DNA from: Opitutaceae bacterium
GTDB lineage: Bacteria > Verrucomicrobiota > Verrucomicrobiia > Opitutales > Opitutaceae
Direction: 5' to 3'
NCBI GenBank assembly: GCA_027482185.1
Contig: JAIXWF010000003.1
Span: 376,809 to 408,808 of the forward strand
Length of the DNA: 32,000 nt
Shown here: one piece after another, positions 9,254 through 17,939 of the stretch
Layout: every line of letters starts with the position of its first letter
How positions within the stretch are numbered: the first letter of the stretch is position 1
The notes under the pieces: model-generated
Seen by the model: the letters and a program-made list of their open reading frames with translations, nothing else
Told to the model about the DNA's origin: nothing
The model's database searches: none
Translations under genes and position numbers: made by a program

Positions 9254-9820
9254 ATGGACCTCACCCGCCGCGAGGCACTCCTCTCCCTGGCCGCGCTGCT
9301 GGGCACGACCGTCGTCGCGCCCCGCCTGCTCGCCGCCACCGCCGCCAAATCCGCGAAGACCCCCGCGTTTGCCGCCGCCGATCTGCCGCTGCTCGACGAA
9401 ATCGGCGAAACCATCATTCCCGCGACCGACATCCCCGGGGCCAAGGCCGTGCAAATCGGCGCGTTCCTGAATATGATGATCACCGACTGCTACGACCCGC
9501 CGGAGCAGGCCGCGATCAAAGCCGGCGTGGCCAAGCTCACCGCCGACTATCGCGCGCGCTTCAACGAGGCCTTCGTCGGCGGCAAATCCGCCAACCGCAC
9601 CGCCCTGCTCAACGAACTCGACGCGGAACAGAAGAAGTACACCGCCGGCAAGAAACCCGAGCAGCCCGCGCACTGGTTCCGGATCGTGAAGGAAATGACC
9701 GTCCTCGGCTATTTCTCCTCCGAAATCGGCGCCACGCAGGCCCTGCGCTACGTCGAGGCCCCCGGCCGCTACAACGGCGCCGAGCCTTACAAGAAGGGCG
9801 ACCGAGCCTTTTTCAATTGA
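9254..9820 (+). CDS. gluconate 2-dehydrogenase subunit 3 family protein (Tat-signal small subunit)
   Basis: C-terminal 188 codons of ORF 7532..9820, starting at in-frame ATG 9254. MDLTRREALLSLAALLGTTVVAPRLLAATA is a twin-arginine-type signal. IIPATDIPGAKAVQIGAFLNMMITDCYDP and VLGYFSSEIGATQALRYVEAPGRY are typical of this family. Confidence 0.85.
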   Translation: MDLTRREALLSLAALLGTTVVAPRLLAATAAKSAKTPAFAAADLPLLDEIGETIIPATDIPGAKAVQIGAFLNMMITDCYDPPEQAAIKAGVAKLTADYRARFNEAFVGGKSANRTALLNELDAEQKKYTAGKKPEQPAHWFRIVKEMTVLGYFSSEIGATQALRYVEAPGRYNGAEPYKKGDRAFFN

Positions 9821-9850
9821 AGCCGCGGTCGCCGACCGCCTGCGGCGGCA

Positions 9851-9878
9851 GTGGCAAGGTGAAGGTTGAAAGTCGAAA
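9851..9878. repeat. tandem heptad array GTGGCAA|GGTGAAG|GTTGAAA|GTCGAAA
   Basis: Exact 7-nt period read directly from the sequence, in the gap between convergent genes (plus gene ends 9820, minus gene ends 9949). Confidence 0.8.
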
Positions 9879-9911
9879 GACCGATCCCCGAATCGCTCTT
9901 AGTTTCCGGCA

Positions 9912-9946
9912 GCTGACCGCTGATCGCTGACAGCTGATAGCTCAAA
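9912..9946. repeat. tandem heptad array GCTGACC|GCTGATC|GCTGACA|GCTGATA|GCTCAAA
   Basis: Five consecutive units with an exact 7-nt period, ending 2 nt before the stop codon of the permease gene. Contains two CAGCTG palindromes (9910-9915 and 9931-9936). Confidence 0.85.
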
Positions 9947-9948
9947 CC

Positions 9949-10911
9949 TTACACCTTCTCCTTCCCCTGCCGCAGCCGGTCCACGAACACGGCCACGATG
10001 ATCACGAGGCCGATGATGATTTCCTGGAAATAGGTCGGCCACCCCATCTGCTGCGAACCGTTGCGCAGCACGGCCATGATCAAGGCGCCGATCATCGAGC
10101 CGAGGATCGTGCCGACGCCGCCGTTCAGGCTCGCGCCGCCGATGATGACGGCGGCGATGATATCGAGTTCAAGGCCGACGGCGACGGTCGGATCGCCCTG
10201 CCGCAACCGCGAGAGCTGGAACAAGCCCGCGAGACCGAAGAAGCAGCCGGCGAGCGCGTAGATGCAGATTTTCAACCGCGTCGTCGGGATGCCGCAGAGC
10301 CGCGCCGTCGCCTCGTTCGAACCGAGGGCGAAGATGTGCCGCCCGAAGACGGTGTTGCGCAACATCACCGCGGTGAGCACCGCCAGGACCAACGCGACCC
10401 ACACGCCGGCCGGCAGCGCGTAGCCGAAGGGATCCGCCGTGGTCATCCAGGCATTGATCGGCGAGCTCTCGTAATTGACGGTCTGGTTGTCCGCGAGCCA
10501 CTTGGCCGAACCGCGCGCGACACCGAGCGTGCCGAGCGTGATGATGAACGGCGTCATCCGCAGACCCGCGATCGCCGCGCCGTTGAGCAAACCGATCAGG
10601 CCGCCCGAAAGGATCATCGCCAGCACCACCGGCGCCGTGCTCCAGCCTTGCTGGATGAGCAACGCGCCGACCACGCTCGTGAAGGCGATGCTCGAACCCA
10701 CCGACAGATCGATGCCGCCGCTGACGATGATCTTCGTCATGCCGAGGGCCCCGATTGCCACGATGACCGTCTGCGTGAAGATGGTCTTGAAGTTGTGATA
10801 CGTGAGGAAGAACTCGCGCGTCTCCGCCGGGATCGAGAACAGGGCAATCACGACGAGCAGGCCGAGAAAGGGACCGGCCTTCGCGAGCAGGGATTTCAGG
10901 GAGTCGTTCAT
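9949..10911 (-). CDS. sugar ABC transporter permease (RbsC/AraH family)
   Basis: ORF 9949..11052, trimmed to in-frame ATG 10911 (MNDSLKSLLAKAGPFLGLLVVIALF...). The longer start would overlap the upstream ATPase gene. Multi-pass hydrophobic protein typical of ribose-type permeases (GGIDLSVGS, ITLGTLGVARG). Confidence 0.85.
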   Translation of the reverse strand: MNDSLKSLLAKAGPFLGLLVVIALFSIPAETREFFLTYHNFKTIFTQTVIVAIGALGMTKIIVSGGIDLSVGSSIAFTSVVGALLIQQGWSTAPVVLAMILSGGLIGLLNGAAIAGLRMTPFIITLGTLGVARGSAKWLADNQTVNYESSPINAWMTTADPFGYALPAGVWVALVLAVLTAVMLRNTVFGRHIFALGSNEATARLCGIPTTRLKICIYALAGCFFGLAGLFQLSRLRQGDPTVAVGLELDIIAAVIIGGASLNGGVGTILGSMIGALIMAVLRNGSQQMGWPTYFQEIIIGLVIIVAVFVDRLRQGKEKV

Positions 10912-10958
10912 GGGCGCCGGGACGGGACGGAAAGGGCGTCTGCTGTGCGCATAAAGTC

Positions 10959-12467
10959 TCAGGTCGTGCCGGCGCTGCCGGTGGCCGTGCGCATGATCTC
11001 GGCCTCGCTCCACTCGGCGCGCGGGCGTACCGCCGCCAATTCGCCGCGGCACATCACGCCGATCGTGTCGCAGAGCCCGAGCAGCTCGGGCAGGTAGCTG
11101 CTGATCACGACCACGGCTTTGCCGGCGCCGGCCAGCTCGCCGATCAATTGGTAAATCTGCGCCTTGCTGCCGACGTCGATGCCGCGCGTCGGTTCATCGA
11201 GCAAAAAGATCCGCGCCGGGTGCTCGAGCAGCCGCGCGAGCGCGACTTTCTGCTGGTTGCCGCCGGACAATTGCCCGATCGGCTGCGCCGCGTTCCGGCA
11301 CTTGACGCGCAGGGTGTCGACCCAGCGCTGCGCCGTCGCCCGCTGGCGGCCGCCGTCGATCCAGCCGAAACGGCCGAACGCGCCGTGCTTGGTCAGCGTG
11401 AGATTGTCGGCGATGGATTGGCTCAGCATCAGGCCCTCCTCCTTGCGGTTCTCGCTGAGGAAACCGACCCCGTGGTCCCAGCGGTCGCGCGGCGTCGCGG
11501 CCCCGGCCGGCGCGCCCACGACGCAGACCTCGCCCGCGTCCGCGGCATCGAGGCCGAAAACCGTGCGCAACAGGTCCGTGCGGCCCGCGCCGATCAGGCC
11601 GGCCAGGCCGAAAATCTCGCCCGCCCGCACCTGCAGCGTCGCGCGCTTCAGCCGCGGCGCCGAGGCGCAGGCCTTCACGTCGAGCACCACGGCGCCCGGC
11701 GTGTGCGGGATGCGCGGATACAGGTCCTTGACCTCGCGGCCCGTCATGAGCGTCACGATGCGGTCGAGGCCCGCCGTCTTCATGTCGCCGGAGCCGACGG
11801 TCTCGCCGTCCTTCAGCACGGTGAAGCGGTCGGCGATGCGGCGGCATTCCTCGAGAAAATGGCTGATGTAGATGACGCTCACGCCCTGCGCGCGCAGGCG
11901 GCCGATCGCGGCGAAGAGCAACTCCGTGTCCGCCTGCGTCAGGCTGCTCGTCGGCTCGTCCATGATCAGGACCTTCGGCTTGGTCAGGAGCGCGCGCGCG
12001 ATCTCGATCACCTGCTGGGCGGCGATGGAAAACGCTCCCGCCGGCCGGTCGAGGTCGAGGCTTTCGTGCCCGAGCTGGGCGAGCGCGGCGCGCGCGCGTT
12101 CGCGCGAAGCCCGGCGGTCGACCCACCCGCCGCGGGCCGACTCGGCGCCGAGGAGGATGTTTTCCTCCGCGCTGAGGTGCAGCGCCAGGTTCAGTTCCTG
12201 GTAGATCATCGCGACGCCCTTCAGGCGGGCGTCGTGCGGATTGAGCGGCGTGTAGGGCGCGCCGCCCAGGGTCATTGTGCCGGCATCCGCGGCGTGCGCG
12301 CCGCTGAGCACCTTCATCAGCGTGCTCTTGCCGGCGCCGTTCTCGCCGATCAACGCGTGCACCTCGCCGGGCGCGAGCTCGAGCGAAACGCCGCGCAAGG
12401 CCTGCGTCGCGCCGAACGCCTTGCGGATCCCGTCGAGGCGGAGGGTGGCGGCGGCCGGGGACGTCAC
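10959..12467 (-). CDS. sugar ABC transporter ATP-binding protein, duplicated ABC domains (RbsA-like)
   Basis: ORF 10959..12467. Walker A GENGAGKSTLMKVLSG, signature LSGGNQQKVALAR, and a second domain with GLIGAGRT. The GTG start overlaps the TGA of the upstream binding-protein gene (GTGA at 12464-12467). Confidence 0.9.
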   Translation of the reverse strand: MTSPAAATLRLDGIRKAFGATQALRGVSLELAPGEVHALIGENGAGKSTLMKVLSGAHAADAGTMTLGGAPYTPLNPHDARLKGVAMIYQELNLALHLSAEENILLGAESARGGWVDRRASRERARAALAQLGHESLDLDRPAGAFSIAAQQVIEIARALLTKPKVLIMDEPTSSLTQADTELLFAAIGRLRAQGVSVIYISHFLEECRRIADRFTVLKDGETVGSGDMKTAGLDRIVTLMTGREVKDLYPRIPHTPGAVVLDVKACASAPRLKRATLQVRAGEIFGLAGLIGAGRTDLLRTVFGLDAADAGEVCVVGAPAGAATPRDRWDHGVGFLSENRKEEGLMLSQSIADNLTLTKHGAFGRFGWIDGGRQRATAQRWVDTLRVKCRNAAQPIGQLSGGNQQKVALARLLEHPARIFLLDEPTRGIDVGSKAQIYQLIGELAGAGKAVVVISSYLPELLGLCDTIGVMCRGELAAVRPRAEWSEAEIMRTATGSAGTT

Positions 12468-13441
12468 TTCAGGTATTTGTCGAGCGGCGGATTCACGATC
12501 TCGGCCATCTCGGGGGAATTGAAGTTTTCCTTCGTCACGAAACCGACGCCGGTGTCGACGAAGCCCTGGACCTTCTGGCCGCGGAGGACGGCGACCATGG
12601 TCTTCACGCCGAGGTAGCCCATGCGCATCGGGTTCTGCACGACCATGCCCTGCACGTGGCCGGCCTTGAGCCCGGCGTTGAGCGTCTCGCCGGAGTCGAA
12701 GGCGACGAAGGAGACCTTGCCGGCGAGACCGGCGTCGCGCAGCGCCAGCAGCATGCCGGCGGCGGCGGATTCGTTGGAAGCAAACACGCCCTGGACCTGG
12801 CGGCCGTAGCGGTTGAGCAGATTTTCCGCGGTGCGTTTCGCGCTGTCGCGGGTGGCGCCGGCGTGCTGGTCGGTCGAGAGCAGCTTGATGCCGGGGAAAT
12901 CCTTTTTCATGACCTCGAGGAAACCTTCCTCGCGCTCCTCGGTGCTGGCGGAGCCAACGGCGTAGCGGAGCATGATCGCGTTGCCCTTGCCGCCGAGCAT
13001 CTTGCCGAGATTGCGGGCGGCGATGCGGCCGCCTTCGCGGTTGTCGGTGGAGACGGAGCTGACGGGTGCTTTGGACTCGAGGCCGGAGTCGATGATGATT
13101 ACGGGGATCTTGCCGCGGACCGCGGTCTCGACCGGGGCGACGAGGCCCTTGCGGTCAAGCGGGGCGAGCACGATGCCGCTGACGCGCTGGGCGACGAAGT
13201 TTTCCACGACCTGGATCTGCTGCTCGCGGTCGTCCTCCTTGAGCGGGCCCTTCCAGATGATCTGCACGTTGACGCCCTCGGCCTTGAGTTCCTGTTCGGC
13301 CTTCTTCGCGCCGGCGTGGATCGATTTCCAGAATTCGTGCGTCGTGCCCTTCGGGATCACGGCGATCTTGTAGGACTCGGCGGCGCCGGCGGAAACCGCG
13401 GCGGCCAAGGAAAGGGAAAGCAGCTGGAGGAGTTTTTTCAT
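12464..13441 (-). CDS. periplasmic sugar-binding protein (RbsB-like, type I periplasmic binding fold)
   Basis: ORF 12464..13441. Signal peptide MKKLLQLLSLSLAAAVSAGAAES, then YKIAVIPKGTTHEFWKSIHAGAKKAEQEL. First gene of the binding protein-ATPase-permease operon. Confidence 0.9.
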   Translation of the reverse strand: MKKLLQLLSLSLAAAVSAGAAESYKIAVIPKGTTHEFWKSIHAGAKKAEQELKAEGVNVQIIWKGPLKEDDREQQIQVVENFVAQRVSGIVLAPLDRKGLVAPVETAVRGKIPVIIIDSGLESKAPVSSVSTDNREGGRIAARNLGKMLGGKGNAIMLRYAVGSASTEEREEGFLEVMKKDFPGIKLLSTDQHAGATRDSAKRTAENLLNRYGRQVQGVFASNESAAAGMLLALRDAGLAGKVSFVAFDSGETLNAGLKAGHVQGMVVQNPMRMGYLGVKTMVAVLRGQKVQGFVDTGVGFVTKENFNSPEMAEIVNPPLDKYLK

Positions 13442-13532
13442 GGGGGAATGAAAGCCGGGGACCGGGACCCGCCGGGGAGAGGCGGAGGAACCGAAGCCAA
13501 AAGCGCGCGCAGACTACAGGCAATCGCCAAGA

Positions 13533-13573
13533 CCGAGAATGGATAAATTCGCCCAAGCCATGGCCATTCTCGG
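13533..13573. promoter_or_regulatory. 10-bp perfect inverted repeat CCGAGAATGG / CCATTCTCGG in the divergent rbs-like / ydcF-like promoter region
   Basis: Arms at 13533-13542 and 13564-13573 with a 21-nt spacer that contains the GCCATGGC palindrome. A GTTTTT run follows 8 nt later. Function unknown. Confidence 0.25.
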
Positions 13574-13639
13574 CGCGGCCGTTTTTCGCCGCCGCAGCGC
13601 AGGCTCGCGCGCCGCGGCGCCGGCCGTTTCGCTCGGGCC

Positions 13640-14431
13640 ATGGGGTTCATGCTGAAGAAATTCGTCTCCTACTGGCTGATGCCGCTGCCTCTCTGCACCG
13701 TGCTCATCTTGGCCGGGACGATTTTGCTGTTTCGGCCACGCACCGCGCGTTTCGGCCGCGGGCTCGTCGCGGCGGGTCTGCTGCTCCTGATGCTTTTCGG
13801 CAACGCCCACGTGAGCCGCGCGCTGATCCGGCCCTTAGAAACGCAGTATCCGCCGGTCCCTGCGTTCGCCGCCGGGGATCCCGTGCCGGCGGCGATCCGC
13901 GAATGCCGTTACGTCGTCCTGCTCGGCGGCGGCAACGGTTTCAGTCCGGGCATGTCCGCGACCAATTTGCTTTCGAGCTCCGCGCTTTCCCGCACGACGG
14001 AGGCGGTGCGGATCATGCACGCGTTGCCGCAGGCCAAATTGATCGTCACCGGGCCCGCGACCGGCGACCGCCCGTCCCATGCCTCGATTCTCGCCCGGGC
14101 CGCCGGCGAACTCGGGATTCCGCCCGGCCGCATTCTCCATCTCGACCAGGGCCGCGACACGGAAGACGAGGCCCGCGCCGTCAAGCTGGCGGTCGGCGAC
14201 GCTCCGGTCGCCCTCGTCACTTCGGCCTGGCATTTGCCCCGGGCGATGGCGCTCTTCGCCCGGGCCGGCGTACGGACCGTCGCCTGCCCATCCGACTACA
14301 AGTCGCATGCGGAAAGTTCGTTCCACCTCTTCACGCTGCTCTGGGACCTGGATTCGCTGGAACGCAGCACGATGGCCGTCCGCGAACGCCTCGGCGCCCT
14401 TTGGGTAAAGTTGAAAGGCGGCGGCCCATGA
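13640..14431 (+). CDS. YdcF / ElyC / SanA family protein (DUF218)
   Basis: ORF 13640..14431. N-terminal membrane helices (FVSYWLMPLPLCTVLILAGTILLF). DUF218-like core YVVLLGGGNG ... LIVTGPATGDRPSHASILARAAGELGIP ... VTSAWHLPRAMALF. Confidence 0.75.
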   Translation: MGFMLKKFVSYWLMPLPLCTVLILAGTILLFRPRTARFGRGLVAAGLLLLMLFGNAHVSRALIRPLETQYPPVPAFAAGDPVPAAIRECRYVVLLGGGNGFSPGMSATNLLSSSALSRTTEAVRIMHALPQAKLIVTGPATGDRPSHASILARAAGELGIPPGRILHLDQGRDTEDEARAVKLAVGDAPVALVTSAWHLPRAMALFARAGVRTVACPSDYKSHAESSFHLFTLLWDLDSLERSTMAVRERLGALWVKLKGGGP

Positions 14432-14501
14432 CACGCCGGGCGCGAAATTCGTCACCGAAAAGTTTCGCAATCGTAACCTGCGCGGCTACTCACGCGTTAC
14501 G

Positions 14502-15140
14502 ATGCTCTCGCTGAAAAAACTGTTCGGGAAAGACGACAAGTTCTTCGACCTGCTCGAAGCCGGAGCCGAAGAGGCCAAGACGAGCGTCACGTTGTTCGCC
14601 AATTACCTGAAGCAGAGCGCCGGCGGCTCCACGCCGCTCCAGCTGGACGAATTCATCCAGGCGCGCCGGAAGGAAAAACGCATCCGCGCGACGATGACGG
14701 AGGAGCTGAGCAAGACCTTCGTCACCCCGCTGGAACGCGAGGACATCGAGGCCCTGTCCTTCGCCCTCTACCGCATTCCCAAGATCGTCGAGAAAATCGT
14801 CGAGCGCCTCTCGATCTACCCGGGCCGCGTGCCGACCGCCGCGTTCCAGCGCCAGGCGGAACTGATGCTGCAGGCGGCCGATGCCGTCGTGTTCATGGTG
14901 AAACAGCTGCGCGGCGGCACGAACATCGAGAAGATCCGCGAGGCCAACGACCGGTTGCAGTACGCGGAAGGCGAAGCCGACAAGGTCATGCTCGCCCTGC
15001 TCAAGGAGCTGTACCACGGCCCCTACGACGCCAAGGAGCTCGTGATCCTCCAGGAACTTTACGAGATGGTGGAACAGGCGGTCGACCGCTGCCGCAACGC
15101 CGGCAACATCGTCGTCCAGATCGTCCTGAAGCATTCGTAA
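14502..15140 (+). CDS. DUF47 family protein (PhoU-like partner of Pit transporters)
   Basis: ORF 14502..15140. MLSLKKLFGKDDKFFDLLEAGAEEAKTSV is the characteristic DUF47 N-terminus. It lies immediately upstream of a Pit-type transporter gene, the usual pairing. Confidence 0.85.
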   Translation: MLSLKKLFGKDDKFFDLLEAGAEEAKTSVTLFANYLKQSAGGSTPLQLDEFIQARRKEKRIRATMTEELSKTFVTPLEREDIEALSFALYRIPKIVEKIVERLSIYPGRVPTAAFQRQAELMLQAADAVVFMVKQLRGGTNIEKIREANDRLQYAEGEADKVMLALLKELYHGPYDAKELVILQELYEMVEQAVDRCRNAGNIVVQIVLKHS

Positions 15141-15208
15141 TCCGCCCCGCGGTCCGACGTGCGGCGGATGCCGCCGCCCTTCCCGGGTCCCGCGCCCCTC
15201 CGCCTGCC

Positions 15209-16276
15209 ATGACCCTCTTCCTTCTCGTCCTGTTCGCCGCGCTGGTCTTCGAGTACATCAACGGCTTCCACGACACCGCGAATTCCATCGCCACTGTCGT
15301 CTCGACGAAGGTCCTCACCCCGCGCCAGGCGGTCATGTGGGCTGCGTTCTGGAACCTCATCGGCGCCCTGTCCGGCACCGCTGTCGCCAAGACGATCAGC
15401 GGCGGCCTCGTCGAGGCCTCGTCGGTGTCGATGATCACGGTCTTCGGCGCCCTGCTCGGCGCCATCATCTGGAACCTCATCACCTGGTGGCTCGGCCTGC
15501 CCTCGAGCTCGAGCCACGCCCTCATCGGCGGCCTCTGCGGCGGCGCCATGGCCACGGCCAACGGCAACTGGAGCGTCCTCATCTGGTCCGAAGTCGACAA
15601 GAAGGGCGCGGCTGTCGGCCTCTGGCCCAAGGTCGTGCTGCCGATGTTTTCCTCGCCGGTCCTCGGCTTCATCGCCGGCGGACTGCTCATGTACATCTTG
15701 ATGATTTGCCTGCGCAAAGCGACGCCGCGCCTCGTCGGCCTCGTTTTCGGCAAAGCCCAGCTCGCGAGCGCGGGCTTCATGGGCTACGGCCACGGCCTCA
15801 ACGACGCCCAGAAAACAATGGGCATCATCACGCTCGCCCTCGCCACCGGCACCGCCTCCGGCGCCTTCGCCACGCTGCCCGATTGGCTGGGTTTCCTGCG
15901 CGTCGAACCCAACGCCGAGATTCCCTTCTGGGTAAAGATCACCTGCGCGCTCGTCATGGCCGCGGGCACCGCCGCCGGCGGCTGGCGCATCATCCGAACC
16001 ATGGGCCACAAGATGGTGAAACTGCAGCCCGTGCACGGCTTCGCCGCCGAAACCACCGCGGCCCTCGTCATCCACGGCGCGTCCTCGATCGGCGTGCCGG
16101 TTTCCACGACCCACATCATCTCCACCTCGATCATGGGCGTCGGCGCCACCAAGCGCCTCAGCGCCGTGAAGTGGGGCGTCGTCGAACGCATCCTGTGGGC
16201 CTGGGTTCTCACCCTCCCCGTCACCGCGATGCTCGCCTACGGCATCGTCGAAGTCGGTCACATGCTCGGCTACTGA
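15209..16276 (+). CDS. pitA: inorganic phosphate transporter, PiT/PHO4 family
   Basis: ORF 15209..16276. FEYINGFHDTANSIATVVSTKVL and GYGHGLNDAQKTMGII are the duplicated PHO4 signature motifs. Confidence 0.9.
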   Translation: MTLFLLVLFAALVFEYINGFHDTANSIATVVSTKVLTPRQAVMWAAFWNLIGALSGTAVAKTISGGLVEASSVSMITVFGALLGAIIWNLITWWLGLPSSSSHALIGGLCGGAMATANGNWSVLIWSEVDKKGAAVGLWPKVVLPMFSSPVLGFIAGGLLMYILMICLRKATPRLVGLVFGKAQLASAGFMGYGHGLNDAQKTMGIITLALATGTASGAFATLPDWLGFLRVEPNAEIPFWVKITCALVMAAGTAAGGWRIIRTMGHKMVKLQPVHGFAAETTAALVIHGASSIGVPVSTTHIISTSIMGVGATKRLSAVKWGVVERILWAWVLTLPVTAMLAYGIVEVGHMLGY

Positions 16277-16280
16277 GCCG

Positions 16281-16404
16281 CTGTCTTCGTTCCAAGACAG
16301 GGGACAGGATCGACAGGAGACAACCAAGCCGGATTCACCGGACGCAATTCCGGGACGGGATTCCTTCCTGTCGATCCCGGATCGGCCGTCCTGTCCTTCC
16401 TGTC
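16281..16404. repeat. GACAGGR / TCCTGTC heptad hairpin complex between convergent pitA and gatB
   Basis: Left arm: GACAGGG|GACAGGA|tc|GACAGGA|GAC (16296-16321). The complementary unit TCCTGTC occurs at 16366-16372, 16389-16395 and 16398-16404. There is a perfect 12-bp pairing 16307-16318 / 16366-16377 and an outer 6-bp pairing 16296-16301 / 16399-16404. A 7-bp hairpin CTGTCTT-cgttcc-AAGACAG (16281-16300) lies right after the pitA stop. Several alternative pairing registers are possible. Confidence 0.8.
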
Positions 16405-16436
16405 CAAAGCAAAAAACTTCCGCCCGCCCTTAACGC

Positions 16437-17939
16437 TCAGTTCGTCGCGAGCAGCTTCCGCAGCGTCTCATCGACGGCCTTGGGGTTGGCCTTGCCCTTC
16501 GCGGCTTTCATGATCGGGCCCTTGAACGCGTTGATCGCGCTGTCCTTGCCGGATTTGAACTCCGCCAACGCCTTTGGGTTCGCCGCGATCGAATCGCGGC
16601 ACCATTGCTCGAGTTCGTTGCTGTCCGTCGGCGCCGCCTTGAGGCCTTTGCGATCCGCAATTGCTTCCGGGGAATCGCCCGTGGCGAACATCTCGACGAA
16701 GACTTCCTTCGCGGCCTGGTTCAGAATCGTGCCCGCATCGACGAGCTTCACGAGCGCAGCCAGCTGCGCGGGGCCGACCTTCGATTGCCCCAGTTCCAAT
16801 TTCGCGGCGCCCAATTCGCGCAGCAGGTCGTTGACGATCCAGTTGCCCACGGCCTGGGCCTTGCCGGCGCCGGCGGCGGTTGCGGCCGCCTCGAAGTAAT
16901 CGGCCAGCGCGCGGTCCCACACCAGCACCGAGGTCAACGTGTACGGCAGCTGGTACTGCTCGAAAAACCGGCGCTGCTTCGCGAACGGCAACTCGGGGCA
17001 TTCGGCCTGCAGGCGCGTTTTCCACGGCTCGTCGACGACGACCGGCATCAAATCGGGATCCGGGAAATAGCGGTAGTCGTGCGCCTCTTCCTTGGTGCGG
17101 AGGGACTGCGACGTGCCGGTCATGCCGTCGTAGTCGCGCGTTTCCTGCACGATCGTGCCGCCGCGCTCGAGCACGGCGAGCTGGCGCTTGATCTCGTGCG
17201 CGATGCCGTCGCGCACAAAGGAGATCGAGTTGAGGTTCTTCAGCTCGACCTTGGTGCCGAGCTTCGTCTGGCCCACGGGGCGGATGGAAATGTTGGCGTC
17301 GCAGCGCAACTGCCCCTTCTCCATGTCGCAGTCCGAGATGCCGCCGTAGACCATCGTCGCGCGCAGCGACGTGAGATAGGCGAAGGCCTCGTCGGCCGTG
17401 TGCATCGCCGGATCGGATACGATCTCCATCAGCGGCGTGCCGGCGCGGTTGTAGTCGACGAGCGAGTCGGAGGCGCCGTGGTTGAGTTTGCCCACATCCT
17501 CCTCGAGGTGGATGCGCGTGAGCGGGATGCGCTTGTGCTCGCCCATGACGTTGCGGGCGGAGCCGGGCAGCTCGATCTCGACCTCGCCGCCGAGGCAGAT
17601 CGGCTGGTCGTACTGGGAGATCTGGTAGTTCTTGGGCGAGTCCGGATAGAAATAGTTTTTCCGGTCCCATTTGCAGACCGGCGCGATGCGGCAACCGAGG
17701 AGGAGGCCGGCCTTGATGATCGCGTCGAGGGCGGCCTTGTTCATCACCGGCAACGCGCCCGGCAGGGCGAGGACGGTGGGATCGGTGAGCGTGTTGGGCT
17801 CGTGGCCGTACCCCGTGGCGACGCGCGTGAAGACCTTGGACCGGGCCTTGATCTGGACGTGGACCTCGAGACCGATGACGGCTTCGTAGGAAGAAGAAGA
17901 AAGAGACACAGAGGACACGGAGGGAATCGCGGAGTTCAC
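16437..17939 (-). CDS. gatB: Asp-tRNA(Asn)/Glu-tRNA(Gln) amidotransferase subunit B
   Basis: ORF 16437..17939. YEAVIGLEVHVQIKARSKVF is the canonical GatB N-terminus, and the YqeY-like C-terminal domain is present. The exact start is uncertain. The only in-frame candidates are GTG codons at 17939, 17918 and 17909, all inside the repeat arm. No ATG precedes the conserved YEAVIGLE. Confidence 0.9.
   Translation of the reverse strand: MNSAIPSVSSVSLSSSSYEAVIGLEVHVQIKARSKVFTRVATGYGHEPNTLTDPTVLALPGALPVMNKAALDAIIKAGLLLGCRIAPVCKWDRKNYFYPDSPKNYQISQYDQPICLGGEVEIELPGSARNVMGEHKRIPLTRIHLEEDVGKLNHGASDSLVDYNRAGTPLMEIVSDPAMHTADEAFAYLTSLRATMVYGGISDCDMEKGQLRCDANISIRPVGQTKLGTKVELKNLNSISFVRDGIAHEIKRQLAVLERGGTIVQETRDYDGMTGTSQSLRTKEEAHDYRYFPDPDLMPVVVDEPWKTRLQAECPELPFAKQRRFFEQYQLPYTLTSVLVWDRALADYFEAAATAAGAGKAQAVGNWIVNDLLRELGAAKLELGQSKVGPAQLAALVKLVDAGTILNQAAKEVFVEMFATGDSPEAIADRKGLKAAPTDSNELEQWCRDSIAANPKALAEFKSGKDSAINAFKGPIMKAAKGKANPKAVDETLRKLLATN

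Noticed and set aside
14432-14501. Short inverted repeats (GCGAAA...TTTCGC and CGTAAC...GTTACG) upstream of the DUF47-pitA pair as a Pho box
   Set aside because: These are only 6-bp arms and have no similarity to the direct-repeat Pho box. Such matches are expected by chance.
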